Assembly: GCA_963725665.1 (NCBI GenBank)
Contig: CAVRZA010000002.1
Coordinates: forward strand, 384,001 to 448,000
Origin: an uncultured Actinomycetes bacterium
GTDB lineage: Bacteria; Actinomycetota; Thermoleophilia; UBA2241
DNA: 64,000 nucleotides
Direction of reading: 5' to 3'
The notes beneath the pieces are model-generated. The model was given only the letters and a program-made list of their open reading frames with translations, ran no database searches and was not told the DNA's origin. Both the position numbers and the translations under genes were made by a program. The stretch's first letter is position 1. Each line of letters starts with the position of its first letter. This document shows, one piece after another, positions 23,907-32,487 of this stretch.

Positions 23907-25253
23907 TCACGCCTGTGACCAGACGGTCTTCAGGTAGCTCGGGATGTCGACCGCCTCGCGCGGTCCGACCATGATCTGCCAGCCCGGCAGCTCCTCCTCG
24001 GTCTCGCCCGAGAGCGAGGCGACGTGGCCGGGAATGACGAGCTTCTTGTGCGCCAGCTTGTCGGCGACGCCCGACTCCTTGACCGTCTTGGCGATCTTCT
24101 CGGCGTCGAACTTGCCGGCTGCCCAGCTTGTGAGCACCGACTGGCCGTCGGCGTCGGCCACGAGCAGCCAGGCCGGGTTGCCGGCGCCCTCCACCTCGCC
24201 CGAGACGCTGAAGTAGGTGAGCGAGAAGTTCGTCGTGATGAGCAGCGGGCTGTCGGCGCCCGGCTCGCCGATCTGGTAGAGGCCTGGCTCAACCTGGATC
24301 GGCTTCTGCGGGTCCGTGTAGATGTTCAGCCGCAGCGAGAGCAGCGGATAGATCCCCTCCGCCTGGCCGTGGTCGAGCACGACGAGGCCGGCGTACTTGG
24401 CGATCGCCTGGGTGGCGAGGGCGGTCTGGTCTTCGACCGTCTCTCCGCCGGCGAAGGCGATGAGGGGGAACCCGAAGGGCCGGAAGCTCTTCTTGAGCGC
24501 CAGACGGCGAAGCTGCGTGAAGGCCGCCAGGCTGTCGCCCAGGCCGCGGGTGCCGGGGTCGATGACGAGGTCCTCGACCCCGGCGCCGCGAACGTCGTCG
24601 GAGAGCCGAGCGAGAACCTCGAGGTCGCCGTCGTCGGCGCGGATGGCCAGCGGGCAGCCGTGCTGCTTGGCGAGCGCGGCCATCGCTTGCCAGTTCGCCG
24701 CCGTCGCGGCGTGCAGGAGCGGCCGCGCCGGTGCGACCTCGGCCAGGGCCGCGCCCATCGCCGTCGCGTCCTCGCACAGGAGGACCAGCGGCACGTCCGC
24801 GGCGGCGGCCGTGGCCGCCGCCGCGCGCGCGAAGGCGGCGGCGTCGCCCGAGGCGTTCTCGAGCGCGATGAAGTCGAGGCGCAGCCCGATGCCGACGCGC
24901 TCGACGGCGTAGGCGGCGACTTGTGCCGCGTGCGCGGCCAGGTCGGGATCGTCGTCGGCCAGCCGCACGCCGAGCCCCGGCTGGTTGAAGAAGGTCTTCT
25001 CGTGCCTGAAGAGCACGGTCTCGTTACCCACGGAGAAAGCGCGTTCGCCGGCGCCCACAGTGACGAGCTTGACGGGCGGTGCCGACGCCGCTTCGAGCGC
25101 CGCCCGCGTCTCCTCGGTGACGTAGGGGCACTTGTCGAGCTCGGTCCCCTTCTGGGCCAGCTTCATGGCGAAGGCCAGGCAGGTGGGAAAGCCGCACTCC
25201 TTGCAGTTCGTCTTGGGGAGCAGCTTGTAGATCTCGAGTCCGGTGAGAGCCAT
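23907..25253 (-). CDS. acsC: Corrinoid Fe-S protein large subunit (gamma)
   Basis: LPKTNCKECGFPTCLAFA, FRHEKTF, NIYTDPQKP, TTNFSLTYF, VGPREA. Confidence 0.96.
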   Translation of the reverse strand: MALTGLEIYKLLPKTNCKECGFPTCLAFAMKLAQKGTELDKCPYVTEETRAALEAASAPPVKLVTVGAGERAFSVGNETVLFRHEKTFFNQPGLGVRLADDDPDLAAHAAQVAAYAVERVGIGLRLDFIALENASGDAAAFARAAAATAAAADVPLVLLCEDATAMGAALAEVAPARPLLHAATAANWQAMAALAKQHGCPLAIRADDGDLEVLARLSDDVRGAGVEDLVIDPGTRGLGDSLAAFTQLRRLALKKSFRPFGFPLIAFAGGETVEDQTALATQAIAKYAGLVVLDHGQAEGIYPLLSLRLNIYTDPQKPIQVEPGLYQIGEPGADSPLLITTNFSLTYFSVSGEVEGAGNPAWLLVADADGQSVLTSWAAGKFDAEKIAKTVKESGVADKLAHKKLVIPGHVASLSGETEEELPGWQIMVGPREAVDIPSYLKTVWSQA

Positions 25254-25269
25254 CGAACTCACCTGCCTT

Positions 25270-26286
25270 TCAGGACGCCGTGGCGGTCGCGGGGCCGGAC
25301 AAAGACGCCGCCGCGACGGCCGCGCCGGGCGGCGTCATGAGATCGGCGATGCTCTTCTGCACGCGCTTGATGGAGCGCGGGTGGCGCATGACGACGATGT
25401 CGGCGCCCGACTCGAGCAGCGTGGTCGCAGTGATCGTCTCCCAGAGCACGCCGCGCGTGGCGAACTCGCCCCACTCCTCGGGCACGCCCTCGGGCACGCG
25501 AGACTCCTTCTGGCGCCACGACTCCTCGCCCACGTTGCAGATCATGGGCTGCTGCGTCATCGAGTCGCCCATCAGGGCGGCGAGACGCAGGCGCTCCATC
25601 ACAGAGTAGGTGTACTCGATGCCGTAGCCGAGGGCGCCGGTGTTGGGGTCCATGAGCACGCGCTCGAGCGGCAGCCCCATGTCGCTGATGAGGATGTTGA
25701 GCTGCTTCGCCAGGTTGACGTCGATGGGCGAGAAGGCGGCCACCAGGTGGCCGTTGCCGAGCGCCGCGGCGACGATCGTGCGGTAGTTCTTGTCCTCGCA
25801 GTTGGCGAGGCAGATGCACTCTCCCTTGGTCGCCTCGGCGACGGCGATGAGCACCTCGTTGTCCTTGTCGGCCACACCGGGCCCGTAGACGATCAGCGGC
25901 ACGCCCACGGCGGCGAGCACGCGGTCGACCACCCGGACGGCGTCGCTCGCGCTCGTGTCGCCGCGCTCGGGATGGCAGCTGCGCAGCTTGAGAGCGATGA
26001 GATCGGCGCCCTGCTCGACGGCCCACTCTGCCCACGCCGCGGGGTCGTGCGCCGCCTCACCGAGGGCTGAAAGCAGCTCCGGTGACCAATCGGTGGGATA
26101 GGCGTCCGCGACCTCGGCGGCGACCACCGGGCGGTGGGGTATGGCGCCCTCGAAATGCAGGAACGGCAGCGTCGTCTCGCCGCCCACCGTCACGGTCGCC
26201 GCTCGCGTGCCGGAGCCGTGGCTCGCGCCCAGGGTCACCTCACGTACGGCGCCGGGCCACTTCTCCTTCGGTGTCTCCACACTCAT
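25270..26286 (-). CDS. acsD: Corrinoid Fe-S protein small subunit (delta)
   Basis: VGGETTLPF, SPIDVNLAKQLN, MDPNTGALGYGIEYTYS.MERLR, MRHP. Confidence 0.96.
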   Translation of the reverse strand: MSVETPKEKWPGAVREVTLGASHGSGTRAATVTVGGETTLPFLHFEGAIPHRPVVAAEVADAYPTDWSPELLSALGEAAHDPAAWAEWAVEQGADLIALKLRSCHPERGDTSASDAVRVVDRVLAAVGVPLIVYGPGVADKDNEVLIAVAEATKGECICLANCEDKNYRTIVAAALGNGHLVAAFSPIDVNLAKQLNILISDMGLPLERVLMDPNTGALGYGIEYTYSVMERLRLAALMGDSMTQQPMICNVGEESWRQKESRVPEGVPEEWGEFATRGVLWETITATTLLESGADIVVMRHPRSIKRVQKSIADLMTPPGAAVAAASLSGPATATAS

Positions 26287-26337
26287 CGCTTCACTCCTCA
26301 AAGGGTAGGGAGGGATTGCCACAAGGAAGGGCGCCCA

Positions 26338-28620
26338 TCAGAACAGCGGATCCATGGTCAGCGCCGGGTGCCCCTTCTCCTCGAGGAAGGGCAGTAGCTC
26401 CTCGACGCTGGTGGCCACGGTCTCGTCGGCGATCTGCTCGAGCAGGCCGGGGACGCCATCACGCTCGCAGACCTCCTCGATAGCCGGCCCCATCGACTCT
26501 TTGAGGATGCTGCTCATCCAGACGATGCGCTTCATGCCACCGTCGGCGGAGAGGAACTTCTTGCTCGTCAGGTAGTACTTGCCCATGCCCATCATGCCTG
26601 GCGTCTGCATACCGCCGCCGGCGGTGCCGGCCAGGGTCGAGAAAGTCATGCCGCACGGTGTCATGCTGGGGTCCTCGCGACTCACGATCATGAATCCGTT
26701 GGCCTCGGGCACCAAGACGGCGATGCACTCGAAGCAGCCGCACGAGGTCATGGGTGCGTCCATCATCGAGTAGAAGGTGCAGCGCTCGACCGTCTGGTTG
26801 GAGGTCACTCTGATGAACTCGTTGGGGCCCGAGAACTCGCCCTTCACGGGGTCGATGATGATGCCCTTGGGCACCGGCTGGTTCGGCCCCGTGGGGTTGA
26901 TCTCGAAGCTCGCCTTGCAGTCGAGCCAGTTGTAGGCGCCACAGAGGCCCACACGCTCGGGGTTCACCACGCAGACGTGGTTGGGTGCGAAGCTCTGGCA
27001 GAGCAGGCAGCTGTAGAAGGTGTCGACCGACTCGTCGGTGAGGGTGGCGATGCGGTCGTTGCGCTCCTTGTAGGCGGCGCGCGCCTCCTCGAGCAGGGGG
27101 TCGATCAGGGCCTCTTCGGTGACCAACTGCACCTGCACCTTGTCGACGATGTTGCCGAACACGTCGTGGATGCGCGCGTGCAGGAGCTTGCCCAGGTGCT
27201 CGAGGCGGAAGCCCTTGGCGAAGGCGTTCTTGCTCACGCGGATCCAGGTGATGTCGCGCTGGCCGTTGTGCTGGATGCCCTCGGCGCCGTTGGTGAAGTA
27301 GTGGAACTGGCGCTCGACGATGGGCTCGAAGTCCTTCTGCATCTTGCGCCCGGCGACGTCGACGATGATGCCCAGCGGCATGGCCCCGCCCTCCTCGACC
27401 GAGTCGAGGTCGGCGCCGGTGAGGATGATCTTGCCGTCCTCGACCTGGTCGGTCGGCCTCATGCGCAGGAACTCGAAGGCGCGCGTGCGCTTGCCGCCGA
27501 ACTCCATCTGCATGATCTCCTTGCGCACGCGCTCGCCCTCGAAGGCCGAACCGTAGGCGACGGGGATGCCGATCTTCTTCTGGCGCACCTTGACGCCGCG
27601 CACCTCGATGCAGCGTTGGATGAGCTTCTCGGCGCGCTCCAGGTCGTCGGCGCCGGGGATCTCGTCGAAGGGCATCGAGACGACGTGCTCGTAGGTCGTG
27701 ACGCCGGTGGGGAGGATCTGTGGTATGCGCGTGTCGGCAATGACCGGGAAGCCGTAGGAGATGGCGCCGGCCGCGGTGGCGTACTTGAGGTCGTCGACCT
27801 CGCCCAGCGCGAGCACGAAGGCGAACACGCGGTACTTGTTGTAGAGCATGATCTCGCGCGCCTGGCCCGGGCTCATGCCGCCGAAGGTCAGGGCCGAGCG
27901 GGCGGCGAAACCCAGCGCGTAGATGGCCGAGATGGTGTCTACGCCGAACGGCACCGTGAAGGTGTCGTAGCCGAGCTGCACGCCCTCTTCGATGAGCTGG
28001 TGGATGATGCTGCGCCCGTTGACGTTGCCGGAGAGGAAGATGAGGATGCCGCGGCTCTGCAGCTGACGCACGATCTCGACCGCCACCTCGTTCGACTTGG
28101 CGCAGCCGACGATGGCGGCGAACCCGGGCATGCGCCCGTCGACGAGCTGGATGCCCCAGGCCCTGAGCTGGATGTCGTCGATGGGGCCGTTGAGCACCGC
28201 CTTGTCGCCGTGCACGAAGACGTCGCTGCCGCCGAAGCGTTCGCTGGACTTGTGTCCACCGAGCACGATGCGCTGCGGCTCGAGGCCCTCGGCGAAGCGC
28301 GCGCCCTCGATTGCCTCCTCGGCCAGCAGCGTAGCCACGCCGGAGTCGAGGGTCTCGCCCAAGTAGGGGAGCCAGAACGATTCCGCCGGCTCGGGATGCA
28401 GGAGCGACCTGGCGCGCTCTACCACCGGCGCCAGGTCGCCCAGCTTCTCGACCTTGTGGCCGAGGAAGGCGTAGGTGACGGGCAGGTAGTAGGCGGTGTT
28501 GGTGAACTGCACGGGGGCTTCGGGGCCGAGGCGCTCGATCGCGTCGGCGACGAGCGCCTCGGCCTCGCCCACGATGGCGTTGGCGCCCCTGATGGCGCTG
28601 GTGGCGACGTAGCGCGACAC
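26338..28620 (-). CDS. acsB: Acetyl-CoA synthase (ACS)
   Basis: TAYYLP, QLVDGRMPG, CLLCQSFAPNHVC..PER.GLCG, MTSCGCFEC A-cluster ligands. Confidence 0.97.
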   Translation of the reverse strand: MSRYVATSAIRGANAIVGEAEALVADAIERLGPEAPVQFTNTAYYLPVTYAFLGHKVEKLGDLAPVVERARSLLHPEPAESFWLPYLGETLDSGVATLLAEEAIEGARFAEGLEPQRIVLGGHKSSERFGGSDVFVHGDKAVLNGPIDDIQLRAWGIQLVDGRMPGFAAIVGCAKSNEVAVEIVRQLQSRGILIFLSGNVNGRSIIHQLIEEGVQLGYDTFTVPFGVDTISAIYALGFAARSALTFGGMSPGQAREIMLYNKYRVFAFVLALGEVDDLKYATAAGAISYGFPVIADTRIPQILPTGVTTYEHVVSMPFDEIPGADDLERAEKLIQRCIEVRGVKVRQKKIGIPVAYGSAFEGERVRKEIMQMEFGGKRTRAFEFLRMRPTDQVEDGKIILTGADLDSVEEGGAMPLGIIVDVAGRKMQKDFEPIVERQFHYFTNGAEGIQHNGQRDITWIRVSKNAFAKGFRLEHLGKLLHARIHDVFGNIVDKVQVQLVTEEALIDPLLEEARAAYKERNDRIATLTDESVDTFYSCLLCQSFAPNHVCVVNPERVGLCGAYNWLDCKASFEINPTGPNQPVPKGIIIDPVKGEFSGPNEFIRVTSNQTVERCTFYSMMDAPMTSCGCFECIAVLVPEANGFMIVSREDPSMTPCGMTFSTLAGTAGGGMQTPGMMGMGKYYLTSKKFLSADGGMKRIVWMSSILKESMGPAIEEVCERDGVPGLLEQIADETVATSVEELLPFLEEKGHPALTMDPLF

Positions 28621-28622
28621 GG

Positions 28623-30701
28623 TCAGGCCTCCGTCGGGTCGGCGCCTGCGGGCTCGGCGGCGGCGCCTGCCTCCGCCGTTGCTGCTGCGAGTTCGTGCGT
28701 GTGCGCCTCGCCGTGGTCGTGCCCGTGCTCGTTGCCGCCGCCGTTGCCGCCGTAGCCGCCGAGCTGATCCTTGATGGCGTCGAAATAGAGGGTGTCGCCG
28801 CTCTGCCCAAACTGGGAGGGGTCGTAGGGCTGCAGCTTGATCGCCTCGCGTTTGGCATCGATGATCTCCAGCGAGCGCTCGAGCATCTTGTTCCAGTCAG
28901 GCTCGAACTCGAGGCTGCCGCCGACGAGCTTCTCCCAGCCCTTCGTCATCAGGTCCGTCACCACGCTCGAGGCACCGACGGGGCTCGAGACGCCAAAGAT
29001 CACGTGGGCCCCGCTGGCGGCGAAGTAGGTGCCGATGGCGATGGCCTTCTCGCACATCCACTCCGGGCAGAGGCCGACGGCGGGGATGTCGTCGATATCC
29101 TCGCCGACCCCTCCCTCCGTGGCCACCTGGGTCAGCACGGTCAGGATGCGCGAGTTGTCGACGCAGCTCCCGAGGTGCAGCACGGGCGGGATGCCGATGG
29201 CCTCCATGACCTCGCGCAGGCCGGGACCGGCGGAGTCGAGGATCTCGGGAGACAGGTAGCCGTGCTTGGCGCCGGCGGTGGCGGCGCAACCGGTGACGAC
29301 CACCAGCACGTCGCGGGCGATGAAGTTCTTGATCAGCTCGACGATGCCCTCGTCTTGCGTCACGCGCGCGTTGTTGCAGCCCACGACGCCGGCCAGACCG
29401 CGGATGCGTCCGGCGATGATGGCGTCGTTCAGGGGCCTGAAGCTGGCGCGGTAGAAGCCGCCCTGCATGTAGTTGAGGTACTCGTGCGAGAAGCCGGCGA
29501 CGAGTCTCTCCTTGTACTCCGGGATGTGGATGGGGCCGCGGTTGGGGTAGTTGTCGATGGCCATGCGCACGATCGTCTTGGCCGTCTCGAGCGCCGTGGT
29601 CTCGTCGAACTCGATGTGCTCGGCGCCCGGTATCTTCGCCTTGGGAGACGTGGTGATCAGCTTGGTGTGGAAACGCTGCGAGAGCGGCGAGAGCGCCTGC
29701 ATGATGCACTGCACGTCGACGACCATGACCTCCACGGCCCCCGTCAGCACGGCCAGCTCCTGGTGCAGGAAGTTACCCGCCGCCGGGATGCCGTAGCGCA
29801 TGAGGATCTCGTTGGCCGTGCAACAGATACCGGCCAGGTTGATGCCCTCGGCTCCCTTGGCCTTCGCCTCGGCGATCAGCTCGGGGTCGCGGGCGGCCTC
29901 GACCATCATCGCCGACAGCGACGGCTCGTGGCCGTGCACGACGACGTTGACCTGGTCGTCCTTGAGGACGCCGAGGTTGACCTCGGAGGCGAGGGGAGAA
30001 GGGGTGCCGAAGAGGATGTCGGAGATGTCGGTCGAGAGCATCGCTCCGCCCCAGCCGTCGGCCAGCGAGCAGCGCAGGGCCGCCTTGAGGATGTTCTCAG
30101 GGTCGAGATCGACGCCCTCGTGCGTGCGGTGCATGACCTCGGTGACCTCGCGGTCGACCGCGCGCGGCGTGAGCTTGAGACTCTTCCACAGCTCCTGCCG
30201 CTTGGGTGTTGCGCGTTTCGTCGTCAGGATCTCGCCGTGAGCCTGGCCGAATTGCTCGAGCGCCTTCTCGGCCACGTCGGCAGCGATCTCCGCGACCGAA
30301 CGGTCGGCGATGGCGACGCCGAGGTAGCCTGCGACCACGATGAGCTTCTGCTGGTCGCGGATGACGTAGTCGGGCGCCTCGCCGGTGGCCGCCGCGAGCA
30401 GCGTCAGCGCCATGTCGCGGCCGTGGTCGGAGTGCGCCGCGACACCGCCGGCGACCTGGCGCGCGAAGTGGCGCGCGGCCACCGTCGGCAGGTCCGCGCC
30501 GCAGATGCCCGTCTTGGTCTCGGCGTCCTTGCCCACGAGACGGCAGGGGCCCATGCTGCAGATGCGGCAGCAGGCGCCCACCTCGCCGATGGGACAGGGC
30601 TTCATCTCGCTCGCCCGGCTGAAGGCGGTGCCGATGCCGCACGATTCCGCGTGCGCCAGCATCTCTACCGCGGCCGGGTCGATGCTCCTCGCGTCTCCCA
30701 T
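28623..30701 (-). CDS. cooS: Anaerobic Ni,Fe carbon monoxide dehydrogenase
   Basis: CCRICSMGPC, AAHSDHGR, HGHEP, CCTANE, GCNN, TGC, GSCVD, EKA; ATG at 30701 with GAGGAG RBS. Confidence 0.97.
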   Translation of the reverse strand: MGDARSIDPAAVEMLAHAESCGIGTAFSRASEMKPCPIGEVGACCRICSMGPCRLVGKDAETKTGICGADLPTVAARHFARQVAGGVAAHSDHGRDMALTLLAAATGEAPDYVIRDQQKLIVVAGYLGVAIADRSVAEIAADVAEKALEQFGQAHGEILTTKRATPKRQELWKSLKLTPRAVDREVTEVMHRTHEGVDLDPENILKAALRCSLADGWGGAMLSTDISDILFGTPSPLASEVNLGVLKDDQVNVVVHGHEPSLSAMMVEAARDPELIAEAKAKGAEGINLAGICCTANEILMRYGIPAAGNFLHQELAVLTGAVEVMVVDVQCIMQALSPLSQRFHTKLITTSPKAKIPGAEHIEFDETTALETAKTIVRMAIDNYPNRGPIHIPEYKERLVAGFSHEYLNYMQGGFYRASFRPLNDAIIAGRIRGLAGVVGCNNARVTQDEGIVELIKNFIARDVLVVVTGCAATAGAKHGYLSPEILDSAGPGLREVMEAIGIPPVLHLGSCVDNSRILTVLTQVATEGGVGEDIDDIPAVGLCPEWMCEKAIAIGTYFAASGAHVIFGVSSPVGASSVVTDLMTKGWEKLVGGSLEFEPDWNKMLERSLEIIDAKREAIKLQPYDPSQFGQSGDTLYFDAIKDQLGGYGGNGGGNEHGHDHGEAHTHELAAATAEAGAAAEPAGADPTEA

Positions 30702-30793
30702 TGAGCTGCTCCTCGCGTCGAGACGGCGGGCGGGGGCGCGGCGCCAACCCTCGCGGGTGCGCGTCGGTCCTGCCGCCGTCGTGTGATCGGACG

Positions 30794-31117
30794 TCAGTAC
30801 TTGCGGTGGTCGCCCGACATCTTCAGGTCGACGGGGTTGGTCCGCGTGATGCGGATGCCAGCGCCGGCCCACTCGGGCTTGCTTTGCGGCGTATCATGAG
30901 CAGCCTCGGGCTCCCCTGGCGGGTAGCCGGCCGCGGCCAGATGATCGCTGACCCGCGCGGCGTCAAGCCGTGCAGGGTCGATGAGCAGCGTCAGGGTGCG
31001 TTCTTTCGCGCTCGCCTCGACGCGCTCCAGCCCGTCGAGAGTGGCGAGCGCGTCCCTGACCTTCAGGACGTGGTGGTCGGCCCAGAGGTCGGGGACGGTG
31101 AGGGTGAGTTCTTGCAC
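30794..31117 (-). CDS. HMA-fold protein with His-substituted metal motif (DLWADHH)
   Basis: LTLTVP.L.xxH..KV..AL..L.G...VEAS....L....D.........I/V...L.AAGY HMA pattern; first gene of the operon; GAGGAGG RBS. Confidence 0.75.
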   Translation of the reverse strand: MQELTLTVPDLWADHHVLKVRDALATLDGLERVEASAKERTLTLLIDPARLDAARVSDHLAAAGYPPGEPEAAHDTPQSKPEWAGAGIRITRTNPVDLKMSGDHRKY

Positions 31118-31210
31118 ACAGTCCTCCTCGTCGCTGCCGCAGCCCCTGGCTGCGGCTCCTCATAGAAGGAACACCCCGAGGACGCATGGGGTGTTCACTC
31201 TATGGTTGTC

Positions 31211-31261
31211 ACTGTACAGAAGAGCGACTGTCTCGACAATTGTTTGTACTGCATGTCACAA
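31211..31261 (-). promoter_or_regulatory. acs operon promoter plus palindromic operator
   Basis: TTGTCG-N17-TACAGT (31239-31211); TTGTGA-CATGCA-GTACAA at 31261-31244. Confidence 0.55.
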
Positions 31262-31398
31262 GCAGAAGCCGCTGAGCAGGCAAAACAGCCGTGACGCGGG
31301 GGACTGGAGCTAGCAGCCCGGCGGCGCAGGCGTGCGGCCCGCTTGGTCGTGAGCTCTGCGTGGTAGAAGGGGCTACGAGACCGGCAACAGGAGGGGTC

Positions 31399-32487
31399 AT
31401 GCGCAGCACCGAGGGTGAGGTAGAGCTGTCGGAGGTGTACGGGCGGCTGGCGGCGCTCGACCTCGTCGTCGACGGTTACGAGGTCGAGCGCCGCCAGCTC
31501 GAGGTCTCGAGCGGTTTCACGCGCGTGACGACCACCGTCGTGTTGAGCGGCGGCGGCCACGCGGGACGCGGCGAGGACGTGAGCTACGTGGCCCAGGACC
31601 ACGACGACTTCCCGCTCGAGCTGCCCGTGGGTCTGCCCGCGGGCGTAAGCGCCTCCCTGGGGACGTTCTGCGCACGGCTCGAGGACCTCGCCGGCGTCGG
31701 CGAGGGCCGGCTCTTCGCTCGGCCTCCGGTGGGCCCCACTGTCTCCGTGGCGTACCGTCGCTGGGCCTTCGAGAGCGCCGCTCTCGATCTCGTCCTGCGC
31801 CAGGCCGGCGCCTCGCTCGGCGAGGTCGTCGGTCGTCCGTATCGGCCCGTGCGCTTCGTCGTCTCGACGCGCCTCGACATCCGGCCGTGGCTGGCGCTCT
31901 ACCCGGCTCTCGAGTTCAAGCTCGACCCGACGAGCGAGTGGGACCCGGAGTTCATGCGCGAGATCGCCGCCACCGGCGCCGTGCGCGTGCTCGACTTCAA
32001 GGGCTACTACGAGGGCACCGTGGTCGAGAACCCGCCCGACCCCGCGCTCTACGCCGCGGTCGCCGCTGCGTTTCCCGACGCGATCCTCGAGGACGCCGTC
32101 CTCAACGAGGAGACGACGCTGGCGTTGCGTGGTGCGGAGGGGCGCCTGAGCTGGGACGCGCCGATCCACGGCGTCGCCGATATCGAAGCCCTGCCCCTGC
32201 CGCCCCGCTTCCTCAACATCAAGCCCTCTCGCTTCGGCTCGCTGGCGCGCCTGCTGGCGGCGATCGCCTACGCCGGCGGCCACGGCATCACCCTGTACGG
32301 CGGCGGGCAGTTCGAGCTCGGCGTGGGTCGCGAGCAGATCCAGGCCCTGGCGAGCCTTTTCTACGCTGAGGGGCCCAACGATGTCGCGCCCGGAGGGTAC
32401 AACGCTCCGGCGGCGCAAGCGGGCTTGCCCGCAAGTCCGCTTGCGCCGCCGGCGCACCCGGTCGGTTTCTCCTTCTCGAACGGCTGA
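31399..32487 (+). CDS. Enolase-superfamily (MLE/OSBS-like) barrel protein
   Basis: FKLD, LDFK, LED, SWD, NIKPSR, GGGQFE motifs. Confidence 0.7.
   Translation: MRSTEGEVELSEVYGRLAALDLVVDGYEVERRQLEVSSGFTRVTTTVVLSGGGHAGRGEDVSYVAQDHDDFPLELPVGLPAGVSASLGTFCARLEDLAGVGEGRLFARPPVGPTVSVAYRRWAFESAALDLVLRQAGASLGEVVGRPYRPVRFVVSTRLDIRPWLALYPALEFKLDPTSEWDPEFMREIAATGAVRVLDFKGYYEGTVVENPPDPALYAAVAAAFPDAILEDAVLNEETTLALRGAEGRLSWDAPIHGVADIEALPLPPRFLNIKPSRFGSLARLLAAIAYAGGHGITLYGGGQFELGVGREQIQALASLFYAEGPNDVAPGGYNAPAAQAGLPASPLAPPAHPVGFSFSNG

Noticed and set aside
20037-31117. Selenocysteine or pyrrolysine recoding in acs genes
   Set aside because: All ORFs are full length with no in-frame stops at conserved positions
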